A stretch of 34,524 nt of DNA from a virus (taxonomy: Duplodnaviria > Caudoviricetes), in IMG/VR virus record IMGVR_UViG_3300030372_002732, positions 1 to 34,524 of that record. One strand, written 5' to 3'. The translations under genes were made by a program, and so were the position numbers. The first letter of the stretch is position 1, and each line of letters begins with the position of its first letter. The notes below the pieces were generated by a model. The model was not told where the DNA came from, ran no database searches, and was given only the letters and a program-made list of their open reading frames with translations. Below are positions 18,430-24,779 of the stretch, in pieces.

Positions 18430-19901
18430 CAGTAATATACTCTTTTCCTCCTGGGCTTCTCTTCATCCTTATAGTCTTCTGGGTGAGAAATCAACCCACC
18501 TTGTCTAAATCTTAAGACGGCTTGTGTCATACTATCTACTAAATCATCATTGTCACCATGAGGAAACGCCGCACATTCCTCTATTACCTCTTGTGCAAAT
18601 TCCTTGTCACACGGAGCCCAGACTTGTCCGGACTCAAACAGAGGAGCTACCGCATTTACACGGCTGTGTTTGTCATTACCTTTAGAGGGAGTAAAGTTGA
18701 CTACTGGTATCCCCATCTGTCTGAGCTCGTAAGTCAGAGGCAGCCCCGAAGCTTTGGCTTCCACTAACACTGTTTCAGGTTGCCAGTAATCATATTGTTC
18801 CTTAGCCTTTCTTCGAAGTTCAGGGAACTCTAATCGTTCTTTAATGGCATCCAATAAAAGTAAACTTTGGGGTTTGTCATCATTCTCTCTAAAGATTCCC
18901 CAAGTAGTAATTGCAGAATAGTCTGCAGTTTCTTTTTTTAAAAAAGCTGTGTCATAACTTTGAATAACATGTTCAAGTAGTGGCATAGAATCTTTTTCCC
19001 AATTCTTCCACCATTCTCTTTTAATAATTGCACCTTCTTCTGCAGTTGGGTTTTGCATATATTGTGCATTCCATTTTGATATACCTGCTGAAGCTTTAGT
19101 TGCTAATAAATCATCTAACTTCCAATACTCAGGCCACACAGGGTTTCCTGATGGCATGATTGCTGGAAACTCAATTACTTCCCACTTGTCTGCTTTTTCT
19201 CCAGAAGAAGCTTTAATAACTTCTGCTGTTAAATCTTTAGTGCTCCATCTCGTCATTACAATTACAATTTTTCCACCCGGTTGAAGCCTTTGCCGTGGTC
19301 CGCTAGTGTACCATTCATAAGTCCTTTCAAATGCTGTTGGACTATATGCATCTTGTTCAGAATGTGGGTCATCAATAATTAATAAATCAGCACCCCTTCC
19401 GGTTACTGCACCTTGAACCCCGACTGCAAAGTATTCACCACCTTGTGCCGTTTCCCATCGTCCAGCTGCTTTGGAATCTTCCATTAATCTAGTATTAAAT
19501 AATTCTTTGTACTCATCACTATCCATTAAGTGTTTGGTCTTACGACCAAACCTTACGGCTAATTCTGCTGTGTGAGTAGCTTGGATTATTTTTAATTTTG
19601 GATTGTTACCGATCATCCAAGCAGGAAGAAAGAACGACGCAAATTCAGATTTGGTATGCCTAGGGGGCATGTTTATAATTAATCTATTGGAAGTTCCACG
19701 AAGTAATTTATTAAATTTTTCGGCTATGGTTTTATGATGGGACCCCTCTACAAAATCAGGCCACATATGTTTTACAAAAGTTAGAAAATCGTTTTTGATT
19801 TTAGTATCTTTTTTCTTCTTAACAGAATTTAAAATATCAATTTTTAATTGCTTTCTTACTTTAGGATCAGTTATTTTATTAATTTTATTTATATCAAGCA
19901 T
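18429..19901 (-). CDS. terL: Terminase large subunit
   Basis: Walker A variant INMPPRHTKS, Walker B LLIIDD, coupling motif MTRW, nuclease residues SYDTA and DDLVDS. Confidence 0.95.
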   Translation of the reverse strand: MLDINKINKITDPKVRKQLKIDILNSVKKKKDTKIKNDFLTFVKHMWPDFVEGSHHKTIAEKFNKLLRGTSNRLIINMPPRHTKSEFASFFLPAWMIGNNPKLKIIQATHTAELAVRFGRKTKHLMDSDEYKELFNTRLMEDSKAAGRWETAQGGEYFAVGVQGAVTGRGADLLIIDDPHSEQDAYSPTAFERTYEWYTSGPRQRLQPGGKIVIVMTRWSTKDLTAEVIKASSGEKADKWEVIEFPAIMPSGNPVWPEYWKLDDLLATKASAGISKWNAQYMQNPTAEEGAIIKREWWKNWEKDSMPLLEHVIQSYDTAFLKKETADYSAITTWGIFRENDDKPQSLLLLDAIKERLEFPELRRKAKEQYDYWQPETVLVEAKASGLPLTYELRQMGIPVVNFTPSKGNDKHSRVNAVAPLFESGQVWAPCDKEFAQEVIEECAAFPHGDNDDLVDSMTQAVLRFRQGGLISHPEDYKDEEKPRRKRVYY

Positions 19902-20056
19902 AATTTTTAGTTATGGTACCAAAAAGTTTTATACAGGATAAAACGTCTAAAACCAACAATAAAGGACTAACCTTGGGACCCCTTTTACAGCAAGGGTGAT
20001 CGACCTTTTGGGAAAGTTCAAATTCCGAAATCGACTTGGGACCTCTCTCTTTTCCT

Positions 20057-20080
20057 GGGTGGGACCCGCCCTCATGCACT
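20057..20080 (+). repeat. GC-rich island repeat, copy 1
   Basis: GGGTGGGACCCGCCCTCATGCACT. Confidence 0.9.
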
Positions 20081-20109
20081 CAACATGGCATATTGTCGCA
20101 CTCTCGTGG

Positions 20110-20138
20110 TGCGTGTATGCAATAACTGCATACACGCA
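20110..20138. terminator. Perfect stem-loop after the 20148 gene
   Basis: TGCGTGTATGCA-ATAAC-TGCATACACGCA. No clear U-tract on the minus strand. Confidence 0.55.
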
Positions 20139-20147
20139 ACAAGTTAA

Positions 20148-20501
20148 TTATTTAGACACCTCCGAATCTATGTCAAGCATTACACTTTTAAGATGACGCG
20201 TAGCAAACTTTAAACGCGTCTCTGTGCCAGCCCATCTACCTTGGATCTCTAATCCCAAATGTCTGCTAAAGATCTCTGTGTATTCTTCTAGAGTATGCTT
20301 TGAGATCGATGGATACAATCTATCCAAGATCATCTGTCTTGTGATAACCTCTTTGATTGTTTTAGGTGAGATTTCCGGAACTCCGATGATCATCAGCATA
20401 TGACCAAGATGGTCCGCTTCAGCTTTGTACTCCGGCTTAACATACTTGGATGTTTTTGCATCCCAAGATATATCGTTTTTGTAGTGTACTTCTAACGGCA
20501 T
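20148..20501 (-). CDS. Hypothetical early protein (117 aa, MPLEVHY...)
   Basis: Leader AACAACAATGGAGGAAAC precedes the ATG at 20501. The in-frame ATG at 20534 coincides with the predicted TSS. Confidence 0.75.
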   Translation of the reverse strand: MPLEVHYKNDISWDAKTSKYVKPEYKAEADHLGHMLMIIGVPEISPKTIKEVITRQMILDRLYPSISKHTLEEYTEIFSRHLGLEIQGRWAGTETRLKFATRHLKSVMLDIDSEVSK

Positions 20502-20540
20502 GTTTCCTCCATTGTTGTTGTTTATATTTGCCATACGGAG

Positions 20541-20584
20541 ACCTTATCAGTTGGGTCATTGGTTAGAAGAGTCCAAATTGTCGC
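20541..20584 (-). promoter_or_regulatory. Promoter with RegA-like box
   Basis: Minus strand: GCGAC-AATTT-GGACT box (20570-84) and TGA-TAAGGT extended -10 (20541-46). Confidence 0.6.
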
Positions 20585-20590
20585 ACCCCC

Positions 20591-20620
20591 AAATTAACTA
20601 AGGCCCTGTTTCCAGGGCCT
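20591..20620 (-). terminator. Rho-independent terminator
   Basis: Minus strand AGGCCCTG-GAAA-CAGGGCCT-TAGTTAATTT. Confidence 0.65.
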
Positions 20621-20642
20621 GTAGCCAACAACAACTCTGTTA

Positions 20643-20819
20643 CTAGTATTTATCGTATCTTCTTAAGCGTTCGTTTTCGTCAGTACTTGGGAGCATGGCC
20701 CAAAACATGAAGAGTCCAAGCGCACAGATCAAAAGACCCACAGTGAAATCCCAATGCAGAGCAAGAATGCCGCCAAGCATCATGAGCGTGAATCCCATCA
20801 AGAGAATGAATAAATTCAT
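20643..20819 (-). CDS. Small two-TM membrane protein
   Basis: MNLFILLMGFTLMMLGGILAL...VGLLICALGLFMFWAML, ATGA-coupled, AAGGAG RBS. Confidence 0.7.
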   Translation of the reverse strand: MNLFILLMGFTLMMLGGILALHWDFTVGLLICALGLFMFWAMLPSTDENERLRRYDKY

Positions 20820-20911
20820 CTCCACTCCTTTCTAAGTTTTTTTAAAAACTCTTCCATAGTTTTCATATACTTGTTTTTGTATTTTATTGTTTTTTCTGTC
20901 CATTTCATCAT
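20816..20911 (-). CDS. Hypothetical peptide (31 aa)
   Basis: MMKWTEKTIKYKNKYMKTMEEFLKKLRKEWR, ATGA-coupled at both ends. Confidence 0.55.
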   Translation of the reverse strand: MMKWTEKTIKYKNKYMKTMEEFLKKLRKEWR

Positions 20912-21165
20912 CTCCACTCCTTCCTAGCTTTCGCTTTGATCACAATCGCAGGTCCCATTATCACATCGGATGCGCCGTAAGATTGTTCCCAAACTTTAGT
21001 CGCTTCCGTGTTAACCGGCAGCTGATGGATCTTGCCTTCTTCATTGATAATCATGTAGTCACCGTTGTTTAATTCAACGCCTTCTACGTAACCACCTACG
21101 AACTTTTGCGCTTCTTCCAGGCTCGGTTCTTGTTTACTGTCTTCTATTATTTTATATGTTGTCAT
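20908..21165 (-). CDS. DUF3846-like protein
   Basis: 'PSLEEAQKFVGGYVE...MIINEEGK...LPVN..AT...DVIMGPAIV'. GGAGG RBS precedes the ATG at 21165. Confidence 0.75.
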   Translation of the reverse strand: MTTYKIIEDSKQEPSLEEAQKFVGGYVEGVELNNGDYMIINEEGKIHQLPVNTEATKVWEQSYGASDVIMGPAIVIKAKARKEWR

Positions 21166-21187
21166 AGTTTTTTCCTCCATAGCAGGT

Positions 21188-21232
21188 AACTTAATGCAGG
21201 TCCGTCCGGATTAAAACATGACAGATCGTCGC
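21188..21232 (-). promoter_or_regulatory. Promoter with RegA-like box
   Basis: Minus strand GCGAC-GATCT-GTCAT (21218-32) and -10 TAAGTT (21188-93). Confidence 0.55.
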
Positions 21233-21261
21233 AGGCTAAAGAAAATTTTTTTATTTTTTTA

Positions 21262-21285
21262 GGGTGGGTCCCGCCCACATGCACT
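21262..21285 (+). repeat. GC-rich island repeat, copy 2
   Basis: GGGTGGGTCCCGCCCACATGCACT, preceded by a T-tract. Confidence 0.95.
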
Positions 21286-21323
21286 CCACACACCTGTGGC
21301 ATTGTGTCGCGTGGCGTTTGGTT

Positions 21324-21346
21324 GCAGGGCGATTTTGTCGCCCTGC
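21324..21346. terminator. Stem-loop after the 21355 gene
   Basis: GCAGGGCGA-TTTTG-TCGCCCTGC. The T-rich tail is on the plus strand only. Confidence 0.5.
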
Positions 21347-21354
21347 TATTTTAT

Positions 21355-21558
21355 TTATTTCCCTGCTTGTGCTTGTTCAGGGAAAGGCATTTCAACCTGT
21401 GTTCTAATAGGTCTGGAATTAATGTTCTGCAACTGCAACTCCACCTCTCGCTTCTGTTCTTGTAGCGTGGTGATTGCTTCTTGCAATGCAGACAACTTTC
21501 CATACAAAGTAGACACTTGATTGCCTCTTGTTATTGTTTCTATAAGTTTTAATGTCAT
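21355..21558 (-). CDS. Hypothetical coiled-coil protein, probably leaderless
   Basis: 67 aa, no SD. The ATG lies 6 nt after TGA-TATGGT. Confidence 0.65.
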   Translation of the reverse strand: MTLKLIETITRGNQVSTLYGKLSALQEAITTLQEQKREVELQLQNINSRPIRTQVEMPFPEQAQAGK

Positions 21559-21564
21559 AGCTAA

Positions 21565-21637
21565 ACCATATCAAAACAACCATTGTATAATATATGACAA
21601 GATGTCGCATTGTAGCAGGTAGTCAGTTTGATAGGGT
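21565..21637. promoter_or_regulatory. Divergent promoter pair sharing one central RegA-like box
   Basis: Box ATGAC-AAGAT-GTCGC (21594-608). The -10 TATGGT (minus, 21565-70) and TAGGGT (plus, 21632-37) each start 31 bp from the box centre, and both carry TGn. Confidence 0.7.
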
Positions 21638-21671
21638 TCAGTTGTCATAAATAACAACAATGGAGGAAAAT

Positions 21672-22265
21672 ATGGCAAAGACAAACGAACTCAAAGCGAG
21701 GACACAGGATCACTTTGAGGCAAAGGTAGACCGAAAGTTAGAACCTGCGATTGAGAGAGAGGAGTTAAAGCTGAAAGCCCAAGTGAATGAAATCTTGGAC
21801 AAAGGCATAACTTCATTTTCTAAAAAGATAGGTGCTGATAAGGTCGTATCACGACTGAAGAAAGCCGAAGAAGAAAAACGACAAGCAAGTCGTTTGGCTT
21901 ATATGTTCTTTAACGACAAAGCATTGGAAAAGAAAAATTTCAATAAGTCGTTGATTTACAATCTTGAAGGTAAGAACAGACAGGAGAGCATATCTGTCAA
22001 AGATTGTGAGGAACAAATAAACAAATGGGCAGAAGCACAAGCCAAGCAAATAGCTGAACAATCAGCTGAAGGGAAGAAGTTATCTTACCTGAAAGCATTG
22101 AGAGAAAAAGCTAAAGACTTGGTCGCTGAAGCTAGTGTGCCAACCGAGTTGGCAATTTCGCTGGACAATCTGTTCAAGTTCGTTGGATTGAGTTGGTCAA
22201 ATAAACTACCAGCACTACCACCAGCAAAAAGCAATGTTAGTAAAAACACTAATAAGCGAACTTAA
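21672..22265 (+). CDS. Helical/coiled-coil early protein A (paralog of 22609-23205)
   Basis: Start reassigned to ATG 21672 after AACAATGGAGGAAAAT. Gapless N-terminal similarity to the next large ORF. Confidence 0.8.
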   Translation: MAKTNELKARTQDHFEAKVDRKLEPAIEREELKLKAQVNEILDKGITSFSKKIGADKVVSRLKKAEEEKRQASRLAYMFFNDKALEKKNFNKSLIYNLEGKNRQESISVKDCEEQINKWAEAQAKQIAEQSAEGKKLSYLKALREKAKDLVAEASVPTELAISLDNLFKFVGLSWSNKLPALPPAKSNVSKNTNKRT

Positions 22266-22413
22266 AAGGTGCAATCCTAACGCTGAAGCAGTCATAGAAG
22301 GAGGAGAGTATGATGATGTCAGCGAGGAGTTCAATAGGGACTGGGTTCGTTCTGTGCAGTATGATGACGACAAAGAAGGAAACCCAAATGACCGAATAGT
22401 GGTCATTAGTTAA
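22234..22413 (+). CDS. Small acidic protein (59 aa)
   Basis: Hand-translated MLVKTLISELKRCNPNAEAVIEGGEYDD...DRIVVIS. It fills the gap before the terminator. Confidence 0.6.
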   Translation: MLVKTLISELKRCNPNAEAVIEGGEYDDVSEEFNRDWVRSVQYDDDKEGNPNDRIVVIS

Positions 22414-22422
22414 ATAGAAATG

Positions 22423-22464
22423 GAGAGGCGAGAAATCGCCTCTCTTTAAATTTTTTCTTTTTTT
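22423..22464 (+). terminator. Rho-independent terminator
   Basis: GAGAGGCGA-GAAA-TCGCCTCTC followed by a T-rich tract. Confidence 0.8.
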
Positions 22465-22488
22465 GGGTGGGTCCCGCCCACAAGCACT
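22465..22488 (+). repeat. GC-rich island repeat, copy 3
   Basis: GGGTGGGTCCCGCCCACAAGCACT. Confidence 0.95.
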
Positions 22489-22506
22489 ACACACGCCCAA
22501 AGTCAA

Positions 22507-22570
22507 GAAGCATAATGTCGCAGGGGTGTGACCTTATGCGCATTGAATAAAAGACCTTAAATTATAAAGT
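22507..22570 (+). promoter_or_regulatory. Promoter with two RegA-like boxes
   Basis: GAAGC-ATAAT-GTCGC (22507) and GTGAC-CTTAT-GCGCA (22528), then TTGAAT-N16-TAAAGT. Confidence 0.65.
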
Positions 22571-22608
22571 CGCATTGGTTTTATAAACAATTTAACAATG
22601 GAGGAAAT

Positions 22609-23205
22609 ATGAAACCAATACGACAAGCAGAGTTAGATCATTACAAAGACCAGATCAACTCGAAGTTCAGAACTAAAGCAAGCGCGATAGATTCTGAAAT
22701 ACACCAGCAGGCGCAGGACTTGAGCGACAAAAAGAAACCAAGTTTTGCCAAAGCCTGCAAGGTAGACAAAAAAATACAAAAGCTCATAGAAGCAGAAAAA
22801 AAATATAGAGCTTATGTAAAAAATAAGGATGACGTTGAAGAGCGACTACTCAACGCTGTTAAAAAAGAGGCTTCAAGATGTGAAGACCATCTTACCAGGT
22901 TGGGAAATGTTAGGGCCTGGAATCGTGAAGGCTTTAACGGCTATGAGACCAACGACATAAACGACCAGCCCAGCAATTATTTTATTGATAGGCTGGAGCG
23001 CATATGTTTTGATGAAGCAGAAAAACATATAAAAAAGAATCATAAATTGCGACATGTACTACAGTCTAAAAAAGAATATGCAGAGAATATTCTTTATTCA
23101 GGCGGTGACATAAACTCAATTATGGTTGAATTAACGAAAGCCTTTAAGAGCGCAGATATTGAATACAATATACCCAAGTCTCTATTGGCTTTGCCTACTA
23201 AATAA
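22609..23205 (+). CDS. Helical/coiled-coil early protein B
   Basis: 198 aa, AACAATGGAGGAAAT leader, own promoter and terminator. Confidence 0.8.
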   Translation: MKPIRQAELDHYKDQINSKFRTKASAIDSEIHQQAQDLSDKKKPSFAKACKVDKKIQKLIEAEKKYRAYVKNKDDVEERLLNAVKKEASRCEDHLTRLGNVRAWNREGFNGYETNDINDQPSNYFIDRLERICFDEAEKHIKKNHKLRHVLQSKKEYAENILYSGGDINSIMVELTKAFKSADIEYNIPKSLLALPTK

Positions 23206-23218
23206 CAAGTAATATTAG

Positions 23219-23246
23219 AAGGCCCTCAAGTGAGGGCCTTTTTTTT
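23219..23246 (+). terminator. Rho-independent terminator
   Basis: AAGGCCCTC-AAGT-GAGGGCC followed by TTTTTTTT. Confidence 0.85.
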
Positions 23247-23332
23247 GCGCCTAAAAAAATTTAAGATCCAACAATCAACAAGCGTTCCCGTCCTCAAGCG
23301 CGCACGGGTCAATTAAAAAAAAAAAATAAAAA

Positions 23333-23356
23333 GGGTGGGTCCCGCCCACAAGCGCT
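23333..23356 (+). repeat. GC-rich island repeat, copy 4
   Basis: GGGTGGGTCCCGCCCACAAGCGCT, preceded by an A-tract. Confidence 0.95.
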
Positions 23357-23362
23357 GCGCGT

Positions 23363-23447
23363 GCGACAATTTGTCTGTCAATGTAACATGATGTCACACC
23401 GTGCGACACTATGGCCAATGGAACAAGGCACAAGCAGCTGCTATATA
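23363..23447 (+). promoter_or_regulatory. Promoter with three phased RegA-like boxes
   Basis: Boxes at 23363, 23383 and 23403 (20-bp period), TGC-TATATA at 23439-47. Confidence 0.65.
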
Positions 23448-23484
23448 AGGGACATGACAAACAAAATAAACCAAGGAGGAAGAC

Positions 23485-23925
23485 ATGGGTGATCGTGTTT
23501 CTGTATCGTTCAGACAAGAATCTGAATGGTATGTAAATAGAAAACCAGAAAAGCACATGGATGAAAGTCCGGTGCTCTTCCATCATTGGGGTGGAACTCA
23601 TTTTCCAAAGTTTGCTTTTGAATGGTTCAAGAATCTTCAGAAGAAAACTAAAAAAATGGAAAGAGGTTCTGATCCTTTGACGCGTCTTGAACCACGTAAC
23701 TTGATGGTGCAGCTAATTGCGCATCTGAATCAGCATGAAGATCTGCGTTATACTACGAAGTTCGATAGTAAAACCATGACATGTGAGCACGATGCAGAAC
23801 TAGTGTGCCATTCAATTTACTTGGGCAAGACTCCAAATGATGGAGACAACTCTGACAATGGCCACTATGTGATTGATGTAGATCAAGGTAAGATGTACAA
23901 TGATCACGGTGAGTCTATAGAGTAA
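23485..23925 (+). CDS. Hypothetical protein
   Basis: 146 aa, 'MGDRVS.SF...SPVLFHHWGG...DGDNSDNGHY.ID', AAGGAGG RBS. Confidence 0.8.
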   Translation: MGDRVSVSFRQESEWYVNRKPEKHMDESPVLFHHWGGTHFPKFAFEWFKNLQKKTKKMERGSDPLTRLEPRNLMVQLIAHLNQHEDLRYTTKFDSKTMTCEHDAELVCHSIYLGKTPNDGDNSDNGHYVIDVDQGKMYNDHGESIE

Positions 23926-23930
23926 ACCTA

Positions 23931-24240
23931 ATTGGTGGCGTGGGTCCTTCATCCCACGCCACTGATCCCTGATCCAGTGGGCAACTGACTATTGTTAAAC
24001 GATATCCAGAGTGGAGAAAGATTTGGGTTGTTTACCATCTGTAACTGCTCGGTCTCGCTGGATCTGGGATCAGTAAGCGTCGCGCGATAAAGTAAAATGC
24101 GCTACTGATCCCTGGTCTATTGGGCTATTGTCTCACAACTATAGAAGTTGTTACCGATAGACCTGGGATTAGTTCTGGTTGTAGGCAAGATATCAATAGC
24201 CAAATAACCTGATGCCTTTTGGACAATCAGAACTGATCCC
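23931..24240 (+). ncRNA. Chain of five hairpins linked by alternating ACTGATCCC / GGGATYAGT repeats (putative structured RNA array)
   Basis: R at 23961, 24104 and 24232; R' at 24066 and 24165. Stems covary and the G.U pairs are valid on the plus strand. Confidence 0.7.
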
Positions 24241-24307
24241 TTTTCAACAATCAACAAGCATAGCATGTTCCGTCCTCAAGCGCTCACGCGCGGGGAGAGA
24301 GATATTA

Positions 24308-24331
24308 GGGTGGGTCCCGCCCACAAGCACG
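24308..24331 (+). repeat. GC-rich island repeat, copy 5
   Basis: GGGTGGGTCCCGCCCACAAGCACG. Confidence 0.95.
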
Positions 24332-24343
24332 CACTACGGTCAA

Positions 24344-24405
24344 TGGCGCGACGTTATGTCGCATCGACACAAGATGTAGTGGCGCGACGTTATGTCACCT
24401 TGACA
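24344..24405 (+). promoter_or_regulatory. Two RegA-like boxes flanking an NrdR-like box, followed by TTGACA
   Basis: 17-bp direct repeat TGGCGCGACGTTATGTC (24344, 24380). CCACTACATCTTGTG on the minus strand lies between the boxes. TTGACA at 24400. Confidence 0.55.
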
Positions 24406-24766
24406 AACTGTCGAGTGCAGTTTGGATACTGCGCCAAGAGTCGGCGACAGGTGCGCTGGTCTCAGGGCCCAAGCGCAATAGACTAAGGATCTTGGATCCT
24501 TCATAAAGTTTTATGCCTGAAGGCTCATGGGCCTTCAGGAGGATGAAAGTGTTCTTTGGATGCTTAACATGGAAGGCAATTTGGTGTGGTGAAAAACCTA
24601 TTTTATTACGCCTAATTACTTTTAACTCAATAGTAAAAAACACATTATTTTTATTGTAACACAATAGGTCTGGCACGCCAGCGGACGCCCAACTTTCTAG
24701 TCTTGTGAAGGAAATATCTTTTAAGTTTCGCTTAACTTCTTGCCAAAATTTGGACTCCCATTTCAG
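24395..24766 (-). CDS. PD-(D/E)XK nuclease, VRR-NUC/Holliday junction resolvase-like
   Basis: 'ESKFW...RLES...GVPDLL...FTIELK...SPHQ'. The probable start is a CTG at 24766; the ORF is open to 24820. Confidence 0.75.
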   Translation of the reverse strand: MKWESKFWQEVKRNLKDISFTRLESWASAGVPDLLCYNKNNVFFTIELKVIRRNKIGFSPHQIAFHVKHPKNTFILLKAHEPSGIKLYEGSKILSLLRLGPETSAPVADSWRSIQTALDSLSR

Positions 24767-24779
24767 AGTAATACCTTGC

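Noticed and set aside
3833-18767. Plus-strand ORFs overlapping structural genes (e.g. 3833, 9274, 10894, 15045, 17627, 18107)
   Set aside because: They are antisense shadows of well-supported minus-strand genes, with no RBS or domain signal.
19894-20196. ORFs 19894-20079, 19947-20135 and 19996-20196
   Set aside because: They run through the repeat, box and hairpin region, lack an RBS and have atypical composition.
21262-21276. GGGTGGG core as a G-quadruplex or KOPS
   Set aside because: It has only two G-runs per copy and does not match GGGNAGGG.
23315-23332. A-tract as a phase-variation site
   Set aside because: It is intergenic and outside any promoter spacer. It is better explained as the tract that precedes each island repeat.
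23931-24240. Hairpin array as CRISPR, TIGR array or tRNA cluster
   Set aside because: The repeats alternate in orientation and the inserts vary widely in length. There is no T-loop GTTCRA or cloverleaf and no recognisable Nop-domain or Cas gene nearby.
20057-24331. Island repeats as a CRISPR array or integron attC sites
   Set aside because: The intervals are about 1 kb and contain genes with promoters. There is no cas operon or integron integrase in the window and no RYYYAAC/GTTRRRY ends.
22215-24486. ORFs 22215-22406, 22249-22506, 22873-23055, 23275-23601 and 24265-24486
   Set aside because: They are antisense to real genes or translate regulatory repeats and homopolymer tracts.
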